Below, in pieces: positions 50,201 through 61,600 of a stretch of DNA of 64,000 nucleotides (positions within the stretch are counted from its first letter, which is position 1; each line of letters starts with the position of its first letter). The DNA is from Centroscyllium fabricii (taxonomy: Eukaryota), in contig JBNRSN020000012.1 of NCBI GenBank assembly GCA_051313645.2, positions 177,444,001 to 177,508,000 on the forward strand. The letters run 5' to 3'. The notes beneath the pieces were generated by a model, which saw only the letters and a program-made list of their open reading frames with translations, did no database searches and was not told the DNA's origin. A program made the position numbers and the translations under genes.

Positions 50201-52019
50201 GCAGGCAGGCCCGTAGCGTTTTTCTCCCGGATCCTACAGGGACCCGAAACTCGCCACTCAGCAGTAGAAAAGGAGGCCCAGGCCATCGTGGAGGCAGTGC
50301 GCTACTGGCGTCATTACCTGGCCGGTAAGCGTTTTACCCTGCTCACCGACCAACGGTCGGTAGCGTTTATGTTTAACAATAAACAAAAGGGTAAAATCAA
50401 GAATGATAAGATCCTGCGGCGGCGGATCGAACTCTCGACTTACGAGTATGACATTCTTTACCGCCCAGGCAAGCTCAACGAACCCCCGGACGCACTGTCC
50501 AGGGGAACGTGCGCCAGCGCCCAGCTGGACGGGCTGAAGGCCCTCCACGATCGCCTCTGCCACTCGGGTGTCACCACTTCATAAAATCCCGTAGCCTCCC
50601 CTACTCCATCACTGAGATCAAGGCTATGACCATAGAGTGCCCTGTCTGCGCCGAGTGCAAACCCCAATTTTACAGGCCAGACACGGCGCACATCATCAAG
50701 TCCACCCGCCCCTTTGAACGTCTGAGCGTGGACTTCAAAGGCCCCCTCCCCTCCACTGACCGCAACTCGTATTTCCTCACGGTCATAGACGAGTTCTCCC
50801 GCTTCCCCTTCGCCTTCCCCTGCCCAGACATGATGAGCGCAACGGTGAAAAGGCACTTCACCACGCTGTTCGCCATTTTCGGTCTCCCCAGCTACATCCA
50901 TAGCGACCAGGAGGCGTCGTTCATGAGCGACGAACTGCGTCAGTTTCTGCTTCAGAAAGGTGTTGCCTCAAGCAGAACGACCAGTTACAACCCCGGGGGA
51001 ACGGCCAGGTAGAAAGGGAGAACGGGACTATCTGGAAGGCGATGAACCTGGGCCTGAAGTCCAGAGGCCTTCCAGTTTCCCGTTGGCAGGAGGTCCTCCC
51101 AGATGCGCTCCACTCCATCCGCTCTCTGTTGTGAACGGCCACAAATGCTACACCTCACGATCTGTTATTTTCCTTCCCCAGGAAGTCGAATTCGGGGATA
51201 GCACTCACACCGTGGCTCACGACACCGGGGCCGGTCTTGCTTAGAAAGCATGTCCGCGGCCACAAGACCGACCCCCTGGTGGCGAGGGTACAGCTGCTGC
51301 ACGCCAACCCGCAGTATGCCTACGTGCAATTCCCGGACGGGCGCGAAGACACAGTATCGATCAGAGACCTGGCGCCCGCCGGGAGCACTAGGGCAGAACC
51401 CCCGGTCGAGCCTCAGCCCGACCAGCCACCACCCACCAAATACTTGCCCTCATATACTCATACACCGGGGCCCTCGACAATATCGACCGACGGCCTGGGG
51501 CCGGACACCACGCCGCCGGCACCATTGCCGGAGGACCCGACCCCGGTACTGCAACCGGCACCAGCACCGATCCCGACACCGCAACTGGCACCAGCACCGC
51601 TACCGGAACCCCGGCGGTCGTCGAGGCAGACACGACCGCCGGAGAGACTAATAGCACATTGCTAATGGACAATAAAACATTTTTTGCTACTGTTCCCTCT
51701 TGTTAACCCCGCCGGACTCATTCTCAAAGAAGGGGTGAACGTTGTAACCGTATTACCACTTGTATATAGTTACTTGTATAGTTGCGGGTGCATTGGCAGG
51801 ACTTGTACACTATGGGGTCACATATGTATAGATACTGTATGTAAGGCCAGGTCAGCCACACCTCTAACTCCTCCCCTCAGGTGGGAGCTTATAGGTAAGG
51901 TCTGCCCTGCCCCCGTTCATTCTCGCCTTTCGCTCGACGGAGACTAGCTCCATTATAAAGTTAATAAAAGCCTGTAGTTAAGGTAACTACACGTCTTTTG
52001 TATTATTGACGATACATCA
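47209..52019 (+). mobile_element. Element H: degenerate full-length Mag-like Gypsy retrotransposon related to D
   Basis: LTRs 47209-47483 and 51740-52019. TSD ACAGA. Gag from 47507; fragmented PR, RT, RNase H and integrase ORFs. Confidence 0.93.
49496..49741 (+). mobile_element. Solo LTR of an unrelated family inserted in the RT of H
   Basis: 246 bp, TG...CA, terminal inverted repeat TGTGGTGA/TCACATCA, TATAA and ATTAAA. TSD GAGAC/GTGAC interrupting YLDN-VT-ICG. Confidence 0.85.
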
Positions 52020-52618
52020 ACAGAATTAGCGCTATCGCTTGCACCCAGCGCGAAATTCAGGTGAGCGCTATGTTGGAGGTTAATTGGTAGCTCCCCAACG
52101 GACTTTGCGCCCAGCTGGACATCGGGAATGACGTCATCAGCCTGCGCAGCGCTTGGTAGACGCTCGGGACTGAAATTGGGCAGCGTCCGCTGAATTACCG
52201 CTGGGCGCTGCCCACGCCAGCTTTTTCGGGCCGTAACAGCAGCGGGGGAACGCTGCTTAAAGGGGAGTGTGGCTGTCGGCCATTTTTATTGCTGGCTGAC
52301 TGCCAGCACCTTCCCTCTTGGCCTCCCCCGCTGCTCCCTTGGCGGGGTCAGACCTCTGGGAACTGAGCCCGGCACTTCCCTCCAGTGCCGGGATCCTTCT
52401 TGAGATTCTGGTCCCACGGCGGCCCCGCTGGGCTCCGGCCGCAGCCGCGCTAGGCCACTCGCCTTTAATCTTTAGATGGTGGAAAGGCTTTGGGGAGTCA
52501 GGAAGTGAGACACTCGCCGCAGAATTCCCAGCCTCTGGCCTGCTCTTGTAGCTACAGTATTTATATGGCTGGTCCAGTTCAGTTTCCGATCAATGGTAAC
52601 CCCCAGGATGTTGATAGT

Positions 52619-53970
52619 CAGCAAAGTGATGGAAGGCGTCGTCGACAGTGCTATCAAGTGGCACTTACTCAGCAATAAACTGCTAACTGACGCCCAGTTT
52701 GTGTTCCGCCAGGGCCACTCGGCTCCTGACCTCATTACAGCCTTGGTCCAAACATGGACAAAAGAGCTGAACTCAAGAGGTGAGGTGAGAGTGACTGCCC
52801 TTGACATCAAGGCAGCATTTGATCGAGTGTGGCATCAAGGAGCCCTGGCAAAGCTGAAGTCAATGGGAATCAAGGGGAAAATTCTCCATTGGTTGGAATC
52901 ATACCTAGCACAAAGGAAGTTGGCTGTTGTTGTTGGAGGTCATTCATCTCAACCACAGAACATCACTGCAGGAGTTCCTCAGGGCAGTGTCCTAGGCCCA
53001 ACCATCTTCAGCTGTTTCATCAATGACCTTCCCTCCATCATAAGGTCAGAAGTGGGGATGTTTGCTGATGACTGCACACTGTTGAGCATCATTCGAGACT
53101 CGTCGGATACTGACGCAGTCTGTGTCCATATGCAGCAAGACCTGGACAACATTCAGACTTGGGCTGACAAGTGGCAAGTAACATTCGCACCACACAAGTG
53201 CCAGGCAATGACCATCTCCAACAAGCGAGACTCTAACCATCTCCCCTTGACATTCAATGGCATTATCATCACTGAATCCCCCACTATCAACATCCTGGGG
53301 GTTACCATTGATCGGAAACTGAACTGGACCAGCCATATAAATACTGTGGCTACAAGAGCAGGCCAGAGGCTGGGAATTCTGCGGCGAGTGTCTCACCTCC
53401 TGACTCCCCAAAGCCTTTCCACCATCTACAAGGCACAAGTCAGGAGTGTGATGGAATACTCTCCACTTGCTTGGATGAGTGCAGCTCCAACAACACTCAA
53501 GAAGCTCGACACCATTCAGGATAAAGCAGGCCGCTTGATTGGCACTCCATCCACCACCTTCAACATTCACTCCCTCCACCACCGGCGCACTGTGGCTGCA
53601 GTGTGTACCATCTACAAGATGCACTGCAGCAACTCGCCAAAGCTCCTTCAACAGCACCTTCCAAACCCGTGACCTCTACCACTGAGAAGGACATGGGCAG
53701 CAGATGCATGGGAACAGCAACACCTACAAGTTCCCCTCCAAGCCACACACCATCCTGACTTGGACCTGTATCGCCGCTCCTTCACTGTCGCTGGGCCAAA
53801 ATCCTGGAACTCCCTTCCTAACAACATTGTGGGTGTACCTACACCATATGGACTGCAGCGGTTCAAGAAAACAGCTCACCACCATCTTCTCAAGGGCAAT
53901 TAGGGATGGGCACTAAATGCAGTCCTAGCCAGCCAGTGACGCCCACATCCCATCAATGAATAAAAAAAAA
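52619..53970 (+). mobile_element. 5'-truncated L2/Daphne-like (CR1-group) LINE with open RT region, 3' UTR and A-tail
   Basis: ORF to 53672 with [32 protein letters not shown] and A-run ending at 53970. Confidence 0.9.
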
Positions 53971-54284
53971 TTGGGGAGGAAGGCTGCCGCTATGCGCTCT
54001 TTGGCGCAGCGACGCGCCTGCGCCCCGATATTCGGCCGCCTCACACCAAGAGTGAGGTGGCTCGCCTGCTTTAGTGCCCGCCCTCCCATTATGGGCGATG
54101 CAAGCGAATTTCAGATGTAAATAGCGCAGCGCCCAGGCCCAGGCCAGCTCCGCAAATCATGGGCTGAACAATTTAGCCTCCGGTCTATTAATCTTACTTT
54201 GATAAATCATAAAAATATTCAACATTCTTGCAGATTTAGATTATAAGTCCAAGAAAAGTATGGATCTGGGGAGAATATATCGGC

Positions 54285-55380
54285 AGGGCCTGATAATCTA
54301 CATCCTAGGGTACTTAAGGAAGTGGCCCTAGAAATAGTAGGTGAATTGCTGGTCATCTTCCAAAATTCAATAGACTCTGGAACAGTTCCCATTGATTGGA
54401 GGGTAGCTAATGTTACTCCACTAATCAAAAACGGTGGTAGAGAGAAAACAGGGAATTACAGACCAGTAAGCCTGACATCGGTAGTGAGGAAAATGCTAGA
54501 GTCCATTATAAAAGATGTAATAGCAGAGCACTTGGAAAACAGTGACCGGATCAGACACAGTCAACATGGATTTACAAAGGGTAAATCATGCTTGACTAAT
54601 CTACTTGAATTTTTTGAGGATGTAACTGGTAAAATAGATAAGGGAGAACCAGTGGATGTGGTGTATTTGGATTTTCAAAAGGCATTCGATAAGGTCCCGC
54701 AAAATAGATTAGCGTGTAAAGTTAAGGCACATGGGATTGGGGGCAAGGTATTGACTTGGATAGAGAACTGGTTGGCAGACAGAAAGCAAAGAGTTGGAAT
54801 AAATGGGTCTTTTTCTGAGTGGCAGGCAGTGACTAGTGGGGTACCGCAGGGATCGGTCCTAGGCCCCCAGCTATTCACAATATATATTAATGATCTAGAC
54901 AAAGGAACTAGATGTAATATCTCCAAGTTTGCAGATGCCACAAAGCTGGGTGGCCGTGTGTGCTGTAAGGAGGATGCTGAGAAACTCCAGTATGATTTGG
55001 ACAGATTGGGTGATTGGGCAGAAGAATGGCAGATGCAATATAGATGCAATGAGGAGAAAGACGCCCGCGCCTCCAAAAATGGAGGAGCGCGGGAAATGAC
55101 GTTGGCAGGCCGCATCCGAGGCAAGGTAGGTAGCAAGAAACAGAACCGTGCCCTCGGTGAGCCCGCCCGGAATGAGAGATGAGTGGGCGGAGCATTCTCC
55201 TTTATACTAGTACCCAGAGGCGGGGTCAGCCGGTACAGGTCCTTACAGAAATGTACAGATATTAACAGATATATTAACCCAAACTATATACAATAATCGC
55301 ACAGTGTGAACCACACTAAAAGGTTCACCACATGGCCTACTCCTGCTCCTAGTTTCTATGTTTCTACTATGTTTCTATGT
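54285..55380 (+). mobile_element. CR1 LINE fragment (54285-55042) and its 3' tail (55333-55380), with a Gypsy remnant between them
   Basis: ORF 54322 onward: [30 protein letters not shown]. Tail TGGCCTACTCCTGCTCCTAG plus TTTCTATG repeats. Confidence 0.88.
55043..55332 (-). mobile_element. Deleted remnant of a G/J-subfamily Gypsy element (5' part of LTR fused to gag-pol linker)
   Basis: 55160-55332 matches the LTR at 44920-45082; 55043-55135 resembles the reverse complement of 59760-59890. Confidence 0.8.
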
Positions 55381-55666
55381 AAATATTTGTCATAAGAAAT
55401 TGATGTAATTAGTTTTGTTGGGAAAGAGTGATGTTACATAGTTATTTGTGGGACTACTTTATACAAGTGTACTAACACCTAAATCAAGCAGCAGCACTAC
55501 GATGCTGGAAAAGAAGTGCTGCAGGCATCTCACTGTCAGTTGGATGTATCACCCCGCACAATGAGGCAGCAGCCATTTATAACCTAAGTAAAGCACCAGA
55601 TAATCAGATCAAACTACCGAGTCGAGAGTCATCTGTACAAAGCACTGCGAGTGCTAGGAGACATAA

Positions 55667-57145
55667 CAGTATCTGTGGCCTAGCTCCTCTCTCAGTATCT
55701 GTGGCCTAGCTCCTTTCTCAGTATCTGTAGCCATCTCCTCTCTCAGTATCTGTGGCTTAGCTCCTCTCAGTATCTGTGACCTAGCTCCTCTCTCAGTATC
55801 TGTGGCCTCGCTCCTCTCTCAGTATCTGTGGCCTCGCTCCTCTCTTAGTATCTGTGGCCTAGCTCCTGTCAGTATCTGGGGCCTAGCTCCTCTCTCAGTA
55901 TCTGTGGCCTCGCTCCTCTCTCAGTATCTGTGGCCTCGCTCCTCTCTCAGTATCTGTGGCCGGGCTCCTCTCTCAGTATCTGTGGCCTAGCTCCTGTCAG
56001 TATCTGGGGCCTAGCTCCTCTCTCAGTATCTGTGGCCTAGCTCCTGTCAGTATCTGGGGCCTAGCTCCTCTCTCAGTATCTGTGGCCTAGCTCCTCTCAG
56101 TATCTGTGGCCTAGCTCCTCTCTCAGTATCTGTGGCCTCGCTCCTCTCTCAGTATCTGTGGCCTCGCTCCTCTCTTAGTATCTGTGGCCTTGCTCCTCTC
56201 TCAGTATCTGTGGCCTCGCTCCTCTCTCAGTATCTGTGGCCTAGCTCCTCTCTCAGTATCTGTGGCCGGGCTCCTCTCTCAGTATCTCAATTCAATTCAA
56301 TTCAGTTCAATTCAATTCAATTCAAGTTTTATTGTCATTGCAGAGTACAAGTAGAATACAACAAAACAAAGACTCGCCGCTCCCAAGAGTAGAGCAAATA
56401 AGTTACATACAATTGCATACAGTAAAATACATTTCAGGTGTGCAGATACTGGAGGTTTTTGTTAGAGTTCAGGAGGCTGACAGCCCTGGAGAAGAAGCTG
56501 TTATTGAATCTAGTTGTGCGGGTGCGGATTAATCTGTAGCGACTCCCGGAGGGCAGGGAGGTGAACAGACTGTGGCTGGGGTGTGTGGGGTCTTTAATAA
56601 TGTTCAGAGACCTCCGTAGGTAACGTTTGAGGTAGGTGCATTCAATTGACAGTAGCTGGGTGCCGGTGATCCGTTGGGCAGTTTTGACTACCCGCTGCAG
56701 GGCCGAGATGGTGCAGTTTCCATACCAGACTGTGATGCAGCTTGTCAGTATGCTTTTGATTGTGCAGCGGTAGAAGTTGGTGAGGATGCCAGATGACAGC
56801 TTGGCTTTTTTCAGCTTCCTTAAGAAGTACAGGCGCTGTTGGGCTTTCTTAATCAGAAATGAGGTGTTTAGTGACCAGGAGAGGTCTTCCAAGATGTGGA
56901 CCCTGAGGAACTTGAAGCTGGACACCCTTTCCACCTCAGCCCCTTGGGTGAAGAAGGGGGTGTGTCTTCTGCTTTTAGTCTTCCGGAAGTCCACTATAAT
57001 CTGTGGCCTAGCTCCTCGATCAGTATCTGTGGCCTAGCTCCTCGCTCAATATCTGTGGCCTAGCTCCTCGCTCAATATCTGTGGCCGGGCTCCTCTCTCA
57101 ATATCTGGGGCCTAGCTCCTTTCAGTATCTGGGGCCTAGCTTATT
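55667..57145. repeat. 26-bp minisatellite (CAGTATCTGTGGCCTAGCTCCTCTCT), split by a Rex1-like LINE
   Basis: Units read directly at 55667-56287 and 56998-57145; 24-bp variants occur. Confidence 0.93.
56288..56997 (-). mobile_element. Rex1/Babar-like LINE 3' fragment with (TTGAA)n tail
   Basis: ORF 56434-56994 has VERVSSFKFL, KKAQQRLYFLRKL, FYRCTI..ILTSCITVWYG, typical of the Rex1 RT C-terminus. AATAAA precedes the pentanucleotide tail. Confidence 0.85.
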
Positions 57146-57642
57146 TCAGTACAATAGTGCCTATATTTCAAAAATGTACTTCATTGGCTATAAAACACTT
57201 TGGGACATCTTGAGGTTGGGAATGGCACTATATAAATGCAAGTCTTTCTTTCTTTTCTCAATATGTATGGCTTTCCTCGTTTCCCAGTATGTGGTATGGT
57301 TAGGCAGCTCCATGAAGAAGAGGTGGGGAAGAGACAAATATATATTAAAATGGTAAAGGCAGGAAATAAAAGAATACAAATCTTTGAATGATGTCTTTGA
57401 AGCTGGAAGTCGTGTGGAAATCATCCTGCCTGGGCTGACAAAAGAGGTTGTGTGTGTATGTAGTGCGGAGTGTATAAAGGTACTCTCAAAATACCCATAT
57501 CATCAAAATATTCAAGAAAGGTTATTTTGGGGGAGGGTATAATTGCTGCCATTCTCATGTCTGTTTCTGCTCAGTATCTAATGCGGAGTTAATTTTTCAG
57601 CTCTTGTGATTTAAGGAGCCTTTTGTGCCTTCTGATATTAAT

Positions 57643-58544
57643 GGGCCATGTTTTCCTGTGGCCCGTTTGCCGCTGGTGCGCGCTCCCGAGCACCCGCGGT
57701 GCACGCACACGTACTTTTTTTTTTTTTTCTAACGGCAATTTCCTGTGGGAAATGCCGGGTTTTTTTCCAGCGGAGGGGACGTCTTTTTTTTGGTGCGGGG
57801 TGCAAGCCACGCCCACTGAGGTCGGCTTTCCCCCCGCACAAAGCACAGAATCGGCCTGCGGGATGAAGAAGATCGGGTAGGGAAGCACCTTTTTTTTGTT
57901 TTTTTTCAGTTTCTAGGAAGCTGTTTTTTTTAAGTTTCTGCCTTTTCTGATGTTAGGGGTTTTTTTTGCTCCAGTGAAAAAAACACTTTTAAAGTTAATT
58001 TTTTTTTGATTCCTTTGGAGATATTTGTCTGTGGTCTTTCAGCTTGTAAATGGGTAGGGTTTTATATTATTTGGTGAAAGTGAAAAAAAACGGGGATTTG
58101 AACGCGATGTCAGCAGCTGTGATGGCCCATCAGAGCTGCTGACATCGCGTTCAAATCCCCGTTTTTTTTCACTTTCACCAAATAATATAAAACCCTACCC
58201 ATTTACAAGCTGAAAGACCACAGACAAATATCTCCAAAGGAATCAATTTTTTTTTAACTTTAAAGGTGTTTTTTTCACTTCTCAAAGCTGCCTGCAGCCC
58301 TCTAAGACTCCTTTTTAAATGTGCAGCAAAAGAGAGACTTGCCCACGTGATGCACCCGCATTTTGAGCAGCTGCCACAGGAAATCTGCAGCTCAAAGTCT
58401 TCCTGGGTAGGAAGCTGAAGCCCCTTGCCCATCAGCACAGGAAATTCACGTTTCTGGTAATCACCCGAGCTGCACCCCCACGAGGCATTTCTGACCCCCC
58501 TTCGTGGGGGTGCAGCTCTTCTGGAGCACAGGAAAACAGGGCCC
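57643..58544. mobile_element. Non-autonomous DNA transposon (MITE, possibly PIF/Harbinger-like) with a long internal palindrome
   Basis: 18-bp TIRs GGGCCATGTTTTCCTGTG / CACAGGAAAACAGGGCCC (1 mismatch), flanked by AAT on both sides. Palindrome 57973-58280. Confidence 0.7.
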
Positions 58545-58616
58545 AATGGGTCAGTGACAGCAAATTGGGCCTCTGTTTAGAGGGTTCCTGAAGGGGGAAA
58601 TTGCTGTGATACAGAA

Positions 58617-61600
58617 TGTGGTGAACCATTTAGTGTAGTTCACACTGTGTTATTATTGTATATAGTTTGTGCTAATAAAGATGTTCCTTTCTGTAAGGAC
58701 CTGGACCAGCTGACCCCGCCTCCGGGTATGAGTATAAAGGAGGATGCTCCACCCACGGGACTCATCGCGGACCAGGTCTTGTTAATAGCGAATAAAAAGC
58801 CTTTGATTTCGATTCACCAAAGACTGGCGTAATTGATTAGCGCATCAATTTTATTCGCTAAGATTTACAATGGGTGATGAGCCAGGACAGAGCCAACAGC
58901 CAGCTGCACCAGACACCTGGAAATCGATCCTCAAGCTGAAGACTCTCGACCTCAACCCCCAGGCACCGAACGCTTCGAACGATTTCGAGCACTGGCTGAG
59001 CTGCTTCGAGTCGTTTCTGGTGGTGGCCGGAGTCAGCGATACGCACATGAGACGGGTCCTAGTCTCCTGCATCAGTGGCAGGGTCTATGCAATCATCAAG
59101 AACGCCACTGATTATGATGCAGCGTTGGAGCTGCTGAGGGCTCGGTACCTCCAGCCTGTCAACGCCGTCTACGCTCGCCATCTACTTGCCACGCGGAGGC
59201 AACAGCATGGTGAGTCGAACGAGGAGTACATGGAGGCTCTTCAGGCTCTTGCTCTGCGCTGCGAATGTGCACCCGTTAACGCCCAGAGCACATGGACCTC
59301 CTCGTCCGCGATGCCTACATGGCAGGAATCCGATCGGCCCCAGCGCGCACCCGCCTGGTCGAGCAGGATAATTTGTCCCTGAACCAGGCGGTGAAGCTCT
59401 CCAATGCGGTGGATGGGGCCCTCCGCAGCCTGGATCTGTACACGGGGCACGGCTCCCACACGGTTTCCCCAGGGCCTTGGGACTCGCGTTTAATGCCCTT
59501 GATGGCAATCGTGGCGGCTACGGCGCCATCCGGACAGCCAGCGCCCCTGAAATGCCATTTTTGTGGCCAAAAACGCCACCCACGAAGCTCCTGCCCAGCG
59601 AAGTCAGCATCCTGCTCCAGGTGTGGCAAGAAGGGCCACTTTGCGAAGGTCTGCCGATCGGCCCCGGAATCTGCTAAGAAAACGGCAGCAGCCTGTGATC
59701 TCTACACCACAGAGTGGCCTCAGGTACTTGGCGCCCCCCCAACAGCGTTTTTCTAAGAAACTATTACCTACCTTGCCTCGGGTGCGGCCAGCCAGCGCCA
59801 TTTCCCGCGTTCTGCCGTCTTCCTCTACAGTTGAAATGTGGGCGCCGTCGCCATCTTTGGGGGGCGCGGCCTTCTTCATGGCTGCAATGGAGCGAACGGG
59901 CGGCAGAGGCCCCGCCCCATCACGTGACGCCGCCGTCTCCCCACGTCACGTCAGCAGCGGTCCCCCCATCACGTGACGACGACCGAACGGGTGGCAGAGG
60001 CCCCGACCGATCATGTGACGCCGCCGTCTCTCCGCATCACGGCAGCAGCGGTTCCCTCCCATCATGTGACACCACCATCTGATCGCGTCACAGCATCAGC
60101 GGTCCCGCCCCGTCACGTGACGACGCCATCTTGGTGCAGTACGGCCTGCATACCTACAGCGGAGGGCCCGGTGCCATCTTTCTATAGGAAGATTTTTAAA
60201 GCACAGGCTGCTGCAGCAACTAGTAACTTTAAATCAACCTCAGTGGTCCTGGCAGCTGCAACAGACTACTCCAGACCACTTCAGCATCTGGGCGCTGCTG
60301 CTGCGCCGCGAGCCCTTCGGTGTTCCCGACGGCATTCTCGGAGACTCAGCCACCGGTCCGAAACACCACCGCGGCCCGCCGCGTGCGAATCACGGGCGCC
60401 GCCACCAACCGCGGACCCTGCATCGCACAAGGGCCCCAGCGCGCACACCACACTTGCCTCTACGGCCCCGAACTCGTCTCTTACTTTATCAACAATGACC
60501 ACCCGAGTGGAGGGGCACCTCACCCGCTGTCTGTTCGACACTGGGAGTACGGAGAGCTTTATACACCCTGATAAAGTGCGCCGTTATTCCCTCAGGGTTA
60601 GGCCCACGCATCGTAAAATCTCCCTCGCCTCCGAGTCCCAGACTGTGGACGTCATCGGCTGCTGTACAGTCATCATTACCGTGAAGGGGACGACATACCG
60701 CAACTTTCCACTGTACATCCTCCCACAGCTCTGTGCCCCTGTGTTGCTTGGCCTGGATTTCCAGTGCCATCTGCAGAGCTTAACGATGGCGTACGGTGGT
60801 CCCCTGCCTCCGCTCGCTGTCAGCAGCCGCGACTGGTCTGCCTCACAACCACACTCCTCTTGCGGTCTGTCTACCTTGAAGGTAGACCCCCCTCGCTGTT
60901 CGCCAACCTTGACCCTGACTGCAAGCCCATTGCAACCAAGAGTCGACGATACAGCGCGGGGGACCGCACCTTTATTAAGGCAGAGATTGCCCGGTTGTTG
61001 CGGGAGGGCATCATCGAGGCCAGTAACAGCCCATGGCGGGCCCAGGTGGTAGTGGTTAAGTCGGGCAACAAACAGTGCATGGTCATTGACTATAGTCAGA
61101 CCATTAACCGCGGCACGGTGGCACAGTGGTTAGCATTGTTGCCTCACAGCACTGGAGACCCGGGTTCAAATCCAGCCTCGGGTACTATCTGTGTGGAGTT
61201 TGCACATTCTCCCCATGTCTGCGTGGGTTTCCTCCGGGTGCTCCGGTTTCCTCCCACAGTCCAAAGATGTGCGGGTTAGGTTGATTGGCCATGATAAATT
61301 GACCCTTAGTTTTAGGGGGATTGAATATGTGGGGCTACGGGGATAGGGTGGGATATGTGTTGATGCAGGCTCGATAGGGATCGAGGGATATGGGGAGAGG
61401 GCAGGGGCAGGATACTGGGTTTGGATGATCAGCCATGATCTCATTGAATGGTGAAGCAGGCTCGAAGGGCCGAATGGCCTACTCCTGCTCCTAGTTTCTA
61501 TGTTTCTATGTTTCTATGTTTACACTGGGCTCGACGCTTATCCACTTCCTAGGATAAATGATATGGTCAACCAGATTGCCCAGTATAAGGTGTTCTCCAC

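Larger units (their letters stand above)
47153..54180. mobile_element. Possible GC/CpG-rich MITE-like element (pieces 47153-47208, 52020-52472, 53971-54180) hosting element H and a LINE
   Basis: Non-coding CpG-rich sequence continuous across the TSD of H. Weak terminal inverted similarity GGGACCGAAATTG / CAATTTAGCCTC. Confidence 0.35.

Noticed and set aside
55667-57145. CRISPR-like appearance of 23-26-bp repeats (also 1521-5443)
   Set aside because: Head-to-tail units without unique spacers, no cas genes, vertebrate context.
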